IMG/VR virus record: IMGVR_UViG_3300045988_128356
DNA: 45,619 nt
DNA from: a virus
Direction: 5' to 3' (one strand)
A program made the position numbers and the translations under genes. How positions within the stretch are numbered: position 1 is the first letter of the stretch; each line of letters opens with the position of its first letter. This document shows positions 6,789-15,193 of this stretch, piece by piece. Below the pieces are notes generated by a model, which did no database searches, was not told where the DNA came from, and saw only the letters and a program-made list of their open reading frames with translations.

Positions 6789-8411
6789 CTGACCGGTAAC
6801 TGGCCCGGGAAAACAGTGGCAAACGCCCAGGGCTATGCAAACGACGGAGAGCAGGGATATGTTATGGTGGATATCCCTGGCTGTTACTCTCTGATGGCCC
6901 ATTCCACAGAGGAAGAGGTGGCAAGAGATTTTATCTGTTTTGAAAATCCGGACGCTGTTATCGTTGTCTGTGATGCCACCTGTCTGGAACGAAATTTAAA
7001 TCTGGTGCTCCAGATTCTGGAGGCTAACCGTCGGGCGGTGGTCTGCGTCAATCTCATGGATGAGGCTAAGAAAAAATCGATTTCTATCCGGTTCGATGTC
7101 CTGGAGGAGCGCCTGGGTGTGCCCGTTATCGGAACTGCGGCCAGGAGCGGAAAAGGACTGGAACAGATTTATGAAGGCCTGAAACACGTGCTGGAGCTGA
7201 ACAAAAGGCTGGAGAGCGCCCGATATATGGAAGTGGTGGAGGGCGAATATGCTGAGACGGAAGCTGTGGATGTGGAAATGGAAGCAGTAGTAGAAGCAGA
7301 AGTGGAAGACGTGGAAGTGGAAGCAGTAGCAGAAGCGGAAGACGTGGAAATGGAAGCAGTAGTCGAAGCGGAAGTGGAAGACGTGGAAGTGGAAGCAGAA
7401 GCGGAAGCGGAAGCAGAAGAAACAGAAAATGCAGAAGCGAAAATGAAAATAGAGGAAGCGGGATCAAAAGAAGCAGAAGAGGCAGAAGAGGCAGAAGCGG
7501 CAGAAACTGTAAAGGAAGCAGAGGCGGAAACAAAAAACATAGCAGCAAGAGATATAGAAGCAAGAAATATGGAAGCAGCGGCTGAAAACGTAAATGACAT
7601 AGAAAACGAAGTTCGAAAAACAGCAGAAAAGGCAGCAGACAGACGATTCGATGAAAATCCGGCGCCGCGGATTCTGATCCGGTATCCGGAATACATCGAG
7701 GCGGCCATCGCCCGGCTCACACCTGTGGTAAGGAAGACGGCTGGCGAAGGCGTCAATATCCGCTGGCTCTGCGCCCGTCTCCTGGATTCCAACGAGAACC
7801 TGATGGAAGCCGTCCGCAAATATCTCGCTCCAGTGGCAGAATCGCTGGAAGTAAGCTCCCTTTTGGCGGAAATTCGTGAAGAGTGGAAGGAACGGGGCAT
7901 CACGCAGAAGCGCGTAAGCGATGACATGGCATCGGTCTTTGTCCGAAAAGCAGAGTTTATCTGCCGGGGAGCGGTGGTGTACGAGAATCAGAAGTATGAT
8001 AAGAAGGATCGTCTTCTGGACCGTCTGTTTACAAGCAAAGCAACCGGATTCCCCATTATGTTTCTGATTCTTTTAGGCGTTTTCTGGCTGACGATTACGG
8101 GAGCCAACTACCCGTCCGAACTTTTAAGCACCGGTTTATTCTGGGTGGAAGACCGGATCAGCGAGCTGTTTCTCGCCATCGGTATGCCAGTGCTTGTAAA
8201 TGATCTCCTCGTTCATGGCGTTTACCGGGTTCTGGCATGGGTAATATCGGTTATGCTGCCTCCAATGGCAATCTTTTTCCCGTTGTTTACGCTGCTGGAA
8301 GACTTCGGTTACCTTCCAAGAGTTGCGTTTAACCTGGACCGGTGCTTCAAACGGTGTGCCGCCTGCGGAAAACAGGCACTGACCATGTGCATGGGATTTG
8401 TAAACTTGTAA
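6789..8411 (+). pseudogene. feoB: feoB (ferrous iron transporter B) fragment lacking the P-loop N-terminus and most of the membrane domain; the reading frame is intact
   Basis: ..(LTG)NWPGKTV..VDIPGCYSL..EEEVARDF..PDAVIVVCDATCLERNLNLVLQILE.. is a G domain without G1. A helical domain and first TM segments follow, ending ..CGKQALTMCMGF then VNL*. The canonical FeoB continuation (GCN..) is absent. Confidence 0.75.
7262..7425 (+). repeat. Imperfect tandem DNA repeats encoding an acidic E/A/V-rich insert in the feoB fragment
   Basis: gtggaaatggaagcagtagt(a/c)gaagc(a/g)gaagtggaagacgtggaagtggaagca occurs twice, plus gaagc(g/a) runs. Protein: VEMEAVVEAEVEDVEVEA x2, then AEAEAEAE. Confidence 0.8.
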
Positions 8412-8412
8412 A

Positions 8413-9813
8413 TCATATTTTTCGCAAAATGATATTGATTGCATCGTCGTCTATCAATATTTTGTCAATCAGTATGGTTAGACAGTACCGCTTTTCCTGC
8501 AAGTCTCCGGATTCCAGGAGGTTTACAAAACGATCCTTTGCAGCACGTAAGTCCTGCAATGTCAGAGCTTCCGGCTGCGGAGCTTCTAAAATCTCAGTCA
8601 GAGTGTTTTTTTCTTTGGCCAAAGACTGGATCCGTTCTGAGATTACATTGATAGGGATACCGCCGATCTGGTATAATTCAATAAGCTTTTCTACCTGCTT
8701 TTCTATTTCTGTTATTCTGGCCTTATAATCCGGTTTAAGTGGTTGTTGTTCTTGCAGCGCGTCAGGTTCCGGCTGCAGCTCATTGAAATCCAGGTTGGTT
8801 ATGTAATGGATTACCAGGGCGTCCAGCTCTTCGATCTTCCATTTTTTGTTTTTGCAGTCAGGATCAATGACATATCGTTTATCCCCTTTGGTACGGCTGT
8901 AGCAAGAGTAATTGCCGTGTTCGCCGTGGAATCGTGCACCACATTTTTGGCAGTAAATGAGGTTAGATAATAGCGTCTTGGCCTTGAACGGGGAGCGGGT
9001 GTATGTTCGTCCGGTTTGTGCAGCATCGGATTTGGAGGAGTTGAGAAACATCTGCTGTACGCGGTCATAGAGGTCTTGGGAGATAATTGGCGTGTGATTG
9101 CCTGAATAGAGTTTCCCCTTAAATTTGACCTTTCCAAGATATACTTCGTTTTTCAGGACGTTCCGGACCAGAGTTTCGCTTTTCCAACCACCGTATTTTG
9201 TGGTGTATTTATCCTGCATGTAGATCCAGCAGCTGTGCAGGGTGTGACCGGAGGCAAATCGCTCATAGAGCTCCCTGACCTGCAGGGCTTCGTATTCGTT
9301 GACAACCAGGTTCCCGTCTGCGTAATCGTAGCCTGTGGGAGCATAAGCTCCGCCATGAAAATAACCGTTTCTGGCCCGGCCAACGCGGCCCATGGTAAAA
9401 CGTTCGGTGATCTGGTCTTTTTCCAGCTGGGCGAAGACGGAGAGGATTCCGATCATGGCGCGGCCAAAGGGGGTAGAGGTGTCAAAATTTTCGTTGATGG
9501 AGACAAAATCGACGTGATTAGCGAGGAATTTGTCTTCGATGAGCATGAGGGTGTCCTTCTGGCTTCGGGACAGACGGTCCAGTTTATAGACGATCACAGT
9601 GTCGATGATTCCAGCCGCGATGTCTCCGAGCATTTGCTGGAGACCGGGGCGGTTTACATTGCCTCCGGAGTAGCCTCCGTCGGTATAGAATTTTACAATG
9701 GTAATGTCTTTGGCCTTACAATAGGCCGTCAGCCGTTCAGTCTGTTCCTCGATGCTGTAGTTCTCTAATTGGTTTTCAGTAGATACGCGGACGTAGCAGG
9801 CGCCTTTCATCAT
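8413..9813 (-). CDS. int: Large serine recombinase (phage integrase)
   Basis: N-terminal resolvase domain MMKGACYVRVSTENQ..YKLDRLSRS.., recombinase domain, and zinc-ribbon cysteines (CQKCGARFHGEHGNYSCY). 466 aa, adjacent to the lysogeny module. Confidence 0.9.
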   Translation of the reverse strand: MMKGACYVRVSTENQLENYSIEEQTERLTAYCKAKDITIVKFYTDGGYSGGNVNRPGLQQMLGDIAAGIIDTVIVYKLDRLSRSQKDTLMLIEDKFLANHVDFVSINENFDTSTPFGRAMIGILSVFAQLEKDQITERFTMGRVGRARNGYFHGGAYAPTGYDYADGNLVVNEYEALQVRELYERFASGHTLHSCWIYMQDKYTTKYGGWKSETLVRNVLKNEVYLGKVKFKGKLYSGNHTPIISQDLYDRVQQMFLNSSKSDAAQTGRTYTRSPFKAKTLLSNLIYCQKCGARFHGEHGNYSCYSRTKGDKRYVIDPDCKNKKWKIEELDALVIHYITNLDFNELQPEPDALQEQQPLKPDYKARITEIEKQVEKLIELYQIGGIPINVISERIQSLAKEKNTLTEILEAPQPEALTLQDLRAAKDRFVNLLESGDLQEKRYCLTILIDKILIDDDAINIILRKI

Positions 9814-9999
9814 GATATCATCTCCTGTTTTTTATATGTATACGAAAAATGGGTATAAAAAATACGCCCCTTGCCAGGACGCTCCAGAAATGATATAATT
9901 CTAATGTCGAGTTAGGATATATCTTCCGGTGTGTCCGGCAAGAGAAAATCTATGTAAAGCCGTTCGGTGTTGGTAGCACCGGGCGGTTTTTGCATCCAT

Positions 10000-10515
10000 T
10001 TATTCAAATAAATCTGAAAAATCTACCTTGACTTCATCAAATGAATTGTTCTCATATCCGGGAATCCAAAACGATTTTATATTTGCAAAATCTTGATACC
10101 TTAAAGCACTATTTGTATCGATTTTTTTGGCGTATTTTACATCTTCAATAGTAATTCCAAACATAGGAAGAATATCTTCCTTTGACTCAAATGTAAAAGG
10201 TTCTCCATCGGTATGATTATATGAATCAGCATGTATTGAAATACGCTGAACTTTATCGCTATTTAGCATAAATTCAAATTTATTTTTGTTATAAAAACAG
10301 GAGACTATAGGAGAATAAAGATCACCTACTTCATAGGTCCATTCTTCCCGGGATTCGGGTTCTCCCATTTTTTCAATAAGTTCCGCTTCGGATATGCCAC
10401 AATACTGTTGAACATCCAATATCATCTCAATATTTTTTCTGGGTTCCGACTCTTTCGGAGAACATCCACATATAAGTCCTATAATAATTATGACAGACAA
10501 TATTACCTTCTTCAT
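10000..10515 (-). CDS. Lipoprotein in the lysogeny module (candidate superinfection-exclusion factor)
   Basis: MKKVILSVIIIIGLICGCSPK has a signal peptide and lipobox. The gene is AT-rich. Confidence 0.6.
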   Translation of the reverse strand: MKKVILSVIIIIGLICGCSPKESEPRKNIEMILDVQQYCGISEAELIEKMGEPESREEWTYEVGDLYSPIVSCFYNKNKFEFMLNSDKVQRISIHADSYNHTDGEPFTFESKEDILPMFGITIEDVKYAKKIDTNSALRYQDFANIKSFWIPGYENNSFDEVKVDFSDLFE

Positions 10516-10581
10516 ATATTCTTCTCCTTTTACTTTCGATGTATTAAAGGCGATAGACCACAATTTAAATTTTTAGACTTT

Positions 10582-11271
10582 TTATCTCAGTACATAATTC
10601 TGTAGTCGCTCGGGGAAATATTTCTCGAGCATATCGTGATACTCTTCCCATGCAGAATGCTTTTCTTTAGGCTTTTCCTGTTCAATAATACGTTTGGGTT
10701 TTGACGCCGGAATTTCCGGTGTAATAACGGGGAAAAACCAATTATGTAACGCCTGATTTATTTCTTTGCATTCACTCAAGTGACACATTTTATAATCTTC
10801 AAAAATTCGGTTTGCGGCCATGCAGGATACCCCATAAGTACGACAAATACCTCTAACACTGTCTGATCGCATATACCATATAGTCGCACGGGGAACCAGA
10901 ATGTTACTGGCAAAATAGTCAGCAAGATCTTCAAAGGATTTATCTGATGAAGGAATATGCATAATAAAGTGTCCTAGTTCATGCATTAATGAGAAGCGAA
11001 TGCGCTCAGGCGTATTGTTTTCATTATAGGCAACAATCTTTTTATAAGTGAAAGCATCATCTGTACAGTTTTGACAAATCTCATATAATTCAAAATTAAT
11101 CTTTTTCAATTCCGAATAAGTTAAAACTCTAAATCCATAGTGTTGCAAGATCGAAATACAGTCAATAGGAAAATTAGTTACATTACATTCCTTATAAACA
11201 GTTAATACGTAGTTAAGTAATTTGATAAGTCCAGTTCTGTTAAAATCGGTGCAGCATAAATAATTTCTCAA
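10582..11271 (-). CDS. ImmA/IrrE-family zinc metallopeptidase
   Basis: HELGHFIMH motif; directly downstream of the XRE repressor in the same operon. Confidence 0.8.
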   Translation of the reverse strand: MRNYLCCTDFNRTGLIKLLNYVLTVYKECNVTNFPIDCISILQHYGFRVLTYSELKKINFELYEICQNCTDDAFTYKKIVAYNENNTPERIRFSLMHELGHFIMHIPSSDKSFEDLADYFASNILVPRATIWYMRSDSVRGICRTYGVSCMAANRIFEDYKMCHLSECKEINQALHNWFFPVITPEIPASKPKRIIEQEKPKEKHSAWEEYHDMLEKYFPERLQNYVLR

Positions 11272-11276
11272 TCAAA

Positions 11277-11612
11277 TCAGTCCTCAAATTCAATTTCGGA
11301 CAAAAGCTGTATCAGGCGCATTTTCTGCTCAACAGACATTTTCTTTCCATTTCTGGCAACAAGCTTTTCAACATCGGCGTAAGTGGGTTCCAACAGGGCA
11401 GTTTTCTGACCATTGGCCATTTCCTCTAACTCATCCATAGTTATTCCGAGCCCGTGGCATATAGCCATAACATTATCGACAGTTGCTTTTCCAACACCAT
11501 TCTTCATTATTCCGTACAACGTGGTATAAGGAATATCACATTTTAGTGCAAATGATTTTAGACTATAGCCTTGTTCTTTTATTAATCTCTCTAAAATTTT
11601 CGCTTTTTCCAT
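11277..11612 (-). CDS. XRE/CI-like phage repressor
   Basis: ..GYSLKSFALKCDIPYTTLYGIMKNG.. HTH; divergent from the early operon. Confidence 0.8.
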   Translation of the reverse strand: MEKAKILERLIKEQGYSLKSFALKCDIPYTTLYGIMKNGVGKATVDNVMAICHGLGITMDELEEMANGQKTALLEPTYADVEKLVARNGKKMSVEQKMRLIQLLSEIEFED

Positions 11613-11720
11613 ATCTGCTACCTCGTTTTCTAAGTACTCTTATTATATACTATAAAACGTATTTTGTAAATGAATAATATTCGATTTAGCGAATAAATTC
11701 GGAAAAAGGAATATTTTGCG

Positions 11721-11749
11721 TTGACAAAATACTGAATAAAGAATATAAT
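11721..11749 (+). promoter_or_regulatory. Early rightward promoter (sigma-70 type)
   Basis: TTGACA (11721..11726), 17-nt spacer, TATAAT (11744..11749). Bracketed by the 11-bp inverted repeat aaatactgaat / attcagtattt. Confidence 0.65.
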
Positions 11750-11794
11750 TTGCTTATGAAATTCGAAATTCAGTATTTTTAAGGAGGTGACAGT

Positions 11795-12001
11795 ATGTAT
11801 AGAAACTTTTTGTCTGCTATGAAGGACGAGAATGTAACATTTACTCAGATCGGGAGTTTACTTGGTTGTAGGTATCAAACTGTAAGCGATACGGTAAATG
11901 GCGAAACGAAGAAAGGCTTTTACTATGAGGATGCAGTGTCAATTAGAAATGTTCTGTTTCCAAAGTACGATTTAGATTACTTGTTTAAGCGAGAAAGTTA
12001 A
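11795..12001 (+). CDS. Cro-like small DNA-binding protein
   Basis: ..VTFTQIGSLLGCRYQTVSDTVNG.. HTH; first gene of the rightward operon; RBS aaggaggtg. Confidence 0.6.
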   Translation: MYRNFLSAMKDENVTFTQIGSLLGCRYQTVSDTVNGETKKGFYYEDAVSIRNVLFPKYDLDYLFKRES

Positions 12002-12128
12002 TATGAAACAAACTTATGTTCGATAAAACAAATATACCACTATCGAATATGTGTGTCAATGGAAAATGAAGGACAACGCAAGAAGTACAACCAGTTATAC
12101 ATACAATCTACCAGAGAGGGGTGGTGAT

Positions 12129-12269
12129 ATGGCTATTGTGACAATCGAAGCACCTGACGGGAAAATATATACAGATCCCAGTAAGGTAAAGATAAGGCGG
12201 GAGGATTTCCCGGAGTTGTATCGTATCTTGGAAAATTTTAAACCAAAATCTAAAGATGAGACCGCCTGA
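12129..12269 (+). CDS. 46-aa hypothetical protein
   Basis: RBS agaggggtggtg before the ATG at 12129 (internal to ORF 12051..12269). Confidence 0.4.
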   Translation: MAIVTIEAPDGKIYTDPSKVKIRREDFPELYRILENFKPKSKDETA

Positions 12270-12308
12270 TGGCGGTACTGGTGGACAAGTAGTGGGAGGT
12301 GATACAGA

Positions 12309-12467
12309 ATGCAGAAGTACATTGACAACCTCGACGACTTCGAGGACGACAGCCGGCCGCCGATTGTGGACTGGGTGGAATGGCTGCTGGTTGGGATCTT
12401 TGATCTGGCAGGAGCGGGGGCTTGTGCCTACATAGGGTATCTACTATTACGGGCATGTGTGTTGTAA
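12309..12467 (+). CDS. 52-aa protein with a C-terminal TM helix
   Basis: RBS gggaggtg; MQKYIDNLDDFEDDSRPPIVDWVEWLLVGIFDLAGAGACAYIGYLLLRACVL. A hairpin follows. Confidence 0.4.
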   Translation: MQKYIDNLDDFEDDSRPPIVDWVEWLLVGIFDLAGAGACAYIGYLLLRACVL

Positions 12468-12563
12468 AAAAAGAAACCCAGACGGGTGGAGCCGTCCGGG
12501 AATCAAAGTAACTACTAACAATTTTACACCCTCATTATAACAGAGGGAGAAACGGAGTGCAAG

Positions 12564-12785
12564 ATGGCAAAAGAACTGAAATGCGAGATTCTGGAAACCC
12601 TGATCGAGTTTCCGGGAGATGGAAAGTATCACAAGGAACTAAATCTGGTGAAATGGGGAGATCATGAACCGAAATACGATCTCCGTGGTTGGAACGAGGA
12701 CCGGTCACAGATGTCAAAAGGAATCACGCTCACAAAGGACGAGCTGATCATATTAAAAAATGAATTAGGAGGATTTAATCTATGA
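12564..12785 (+). CDS. PC4/YdbC-like ssDNA-binding protein
   Basis: ..KELNLVKWGDHEPKYDLRGWNEDRSQMSKGITLTKDEL.. matches the YdbC/PC4 pattern recalled from memory. Confidence 0.6.
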   Translation: MAKELKCEILETLIEFPGDGKYHKELNLVKWGDHEPKYDLRGWNEDRSQMSKGITLTKDELIILKNELGGFNL

Positions 12786-13183
12786 TTACAGTTGAATTTA
12801 AAGATTTTGAGGACATGATGGGGTTTGCAAGGAATTTAGTTTCGACGGTCGAAACTAAGGACAAGCCGCCAGTACAGCAGGCTGCTCCAGCAATGACACA
12901 ACCGGTACAGCAGGTAGCTCCGGCAACACCTCAGCCCGTACAAACACAGCAGATGGCCCCGGTAACACCGCCTCCAGTACAGCAGGCACCGGTACAGACG
13001 GCGGCCCCCTCCTATTCGGCTGACGATCTGGCAAGGGCGGCCATGACTCTTATGGACTCCGGCAGGCAGGGCGATCTGATTAACCTTCTGGCGCAGTTCG
13101 GCACGGAGGCATTAACACAGCTGCCGCAGGAACAGTATGGGGCATTCGCTACGGCACTTAGAGGATTGGGGGCGCCGATCTGA
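12782..13183 (+). CDS. Hypothetical protein with a P/Q/V-rich linker
   Basis: ORF with repeated PVQQ/PVQT motifs and ATGA-type coupling to its neighbours. Confidence 0.5.
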   Translation: MITVEFKDFEDMMGFARNLVSTVETKDKPPVQQAAPAMTQPVQQVAPATPQPVQTQQMAPVTPPPVQQAPVQTAAPSYSADDLARAAMTLMDSGRQGDLINLLAQFGTEALTQLPQEQYGAFATALRGLGAPI

Positions 13184-14376
13184 TGGGACATGCTGAGAGA
13201 GATCATGCATTATTAAGTGCATCCGGGGCGCACCGGTGGCTGTATTGTACACCGAGCGCCCGGTTGGAGGAGCCATTTCCGGATACAACGTCAGATGCGG
13301 CTACTGAGGGCACGCTGGCCCATGAACTTGCGGAGCTGAAGGTACGGAATTACTTTTACAGCGTAGAGTTTGGAAAACGCAAACTGACGGCAGCCATCAA
13401 TAAGCTTAAGAAAGAGAAGCCATGGCAGGATGAGATGATGGGCTACACAGAAGAATACCTTGATTACATAAAAGGTGTTGCACTGGCCATGAAAAGCACT
13501 CCTTATGTGGCAATCGAGAAGAGGGTTGACTTCTCTGCCTATGTCCCCGATGGGTTTGGGACTGCGGACTGTATCCTGATCTGCGGCAACGTGCTGCACG
13601 TCATTGACTTTAAATACGGAAAGAGTCCCAATGGACGAGTGGAGGCAGAGGGGAATCCCCAGCTTGCTTTATACGCTCTGGGAGCTTACGAGATGTATAA
13701 GATCCTGTATCCGATCGAAAACATCCGGATGTCAATTGTTCAGCCTCGGCTTTCTGACGGTATCTCCGAATGGGAATGCCCGCTGGAGGAACTGCTCTCT
13801 TTCGGACGGTATGCGAAGGGCCGCGCAGAACTCGCCATCAAGGGAGAGGGTGAGTATGCTCCAGGTCCAAAGACATGTCAATACTGCCGGGCACGCGGAC
13901 AGTGCCGGGCAAGGGCTGATCACGATGTGAAACTTGCATTTTCGGACAATCTGGGGAAACTTCCGCCGTTCATATCCAGTGAGGAAATGGGAGATTATCT
14001 GCGGAAAGGCGCTGATGTAACGAAATGGCTTGGTGATCTACAGGATTGCGCACTTAAGGAGTGCCTGGCTGGAAAAGAGGTTCCAGGCTGGAAAGCCGTG
14101 GAAGGCCGCGGATCCCGTGACTGGACAGACATGGACAAAGCGTTTGATACCCTGACAAAGGGCGGAATCGCCGAAGATGCGATTTTGTGGGAAAGAAAAC
14201 CCCTGACCCTTGCACAAGTAGAAAAAGTGGTCGGGAAGAAGGATTTTGCCGACGCTGTGGGCGAGTATGTTGTATGGAAGCCAGGGAAGCCGGCCCTGGT
14301 AGAAGCATCGGATAAGAGACCGGCAATCACGAACAAAGTAACCGCGGCTGAAGCATTTAAAGAGGACCAGGTATGA
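13183..14376 (+). CDS. DUF2800-like PD-(D/E)XK (Cas4-like) nuclease
   Basis: ..GTADCILI..VIDFKYGK.. nuclease motif and C-terminal cysteines CQYCRARGQC. Typical partner of DUF2815 and PolA. Confidence 0.7.
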   Translation: MGHAERDHALLSASGAHRWLYCTPSARLEEPFPDTTSDAATEGTLAHELAELKVRNYFYSVEFGKRKLTAAINKLKKEKPWQDEMMGYTEEYLDYIKGVALAMKSTPYVAIEKRVDFSAYVPDGFGTADCILICGNVLHVIDFKYGKSPNGRVEAEGNPQLALYALGAYEMYKILYPIENIRMSIVQPRLSDGISEWECPLEELLSFGRYAKGRAELAIKGEGEYAPGPKTCQYCRARGQCRARADHDVKLAFSDNLGKLPPFISSEEMGDYLRKGADVTKWLGDLQDCALKECLAGKEVPGWKAVEGRGSRDWTDMDKAFDTLTKGGIAEDAILWERKPLTLAQVEKVVGKKDFADAVGEYVVWKPGKPALVEASDKRPAITNKVTAAEAFKEDQV

Positions 14377-15143
14377 GTTACTTTGATGATTACGAGTTTG
14401 ATAGATTCTATGAGGAAGAAAAACAAATACAGAGAATAGAAAGGAATTTTATTATGAATGATTTAACTAATGTAACAACCGGAGAAGTGAGATTATCATA
14501 TGTGCACCTGTTTAAGCCCTATGCGGCTATGCAGGGACAGGAGGAAAAATACAGCTGTACGATTCTTGTACCAAAGACGGACGCAGACACCATGGGACGT
14601 ATCAATGCCGCCATTGAGGCTGCGAAGCAGAAGGGGGCCAATGAAAAGTGGAATGGACAGTGCCCGCCGATCGTACCGGTACCGGTCTATGACGGAGACG
14701 GAGTGCGGCCGTCTGATGGCATGGCCTTCGGTCCGGAGTGTAAGGGCCACTGGGTATTTACAGCCAGCGCTAAGATCGATTACCGTCCGGAAGTCGTGGA
14801 TAACATGGGTAATCCCATTATCAACCAGTCGGAGGTCTACAGCGGTATGTATGGCCGTGTAAATGTATCCTTCTATCCATACTCTTTCGGCGGCAAGAAG
14901 GGGATCGGCTGCGGCCTGGGACCGGTCATGAAAACAAGAGACGGAGAGGCGCTGGGAGGCAGTGCCCCATCTGCAGCGCAGGCCTTCGGGGTTCAGCCAG
15001 GCCAGACATCTGCTGGTTATGCTACACCGCAGTACGGGGCGGCCATGCCCGCAACTCCGGGAGCCGCCGGTTATGCACCACAGCCTCAGTACACACAGCC
15101 ATCGGCACAGCGTATTAACCCGATTAACGGGCTTCCATATTAA
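14373..15143 (+). CDS. DUF2815-like ssDNA-binding protein
   Basis: ..TGEVRLSYVHLFKPYA.. Alternative start ATG 14454 (RBS gaaagga). Q/P/A-rich C-terminal tail. Confidence 0.65.
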   Translation: MSYFDDYEFDRFYEEEKQIQRIERNFIMNDLTNVTTGEVRLSYVHLFKPYAAMQGQEEKYSCTILVPKTDADTMGRINAAIEAAKQKGANEKWNGQCPPIVPVPVYDGDGVRPSDGMAFGPECKGHWVFTASAKIDYRPEVVDNMGNPIINQSEVYSGMYGRVNVSFYPYSFGGKKGIGCGLGPVMKTRDGEALGGSAPSAAQAFGVQPGQTSAGYATPQYGAAMPATPGAAGYAPQPQYTQPSAQRINPINGLPY

Positions 15144-15193
15144 TTTTAAGAGGGGCCGCAAGGCCCCTCAACCTGACAGGGAGGAGAACCTAT

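Noticed and set aside
7126-7927. Long minus-strand ORFs (145 and 252 aa) opposite the feoB fragment
   Set aside because: They are low-complexity L/P/S/A translations produced by the GAA/GCA tandem repeats, with no RBS. They are antisense artefacts.
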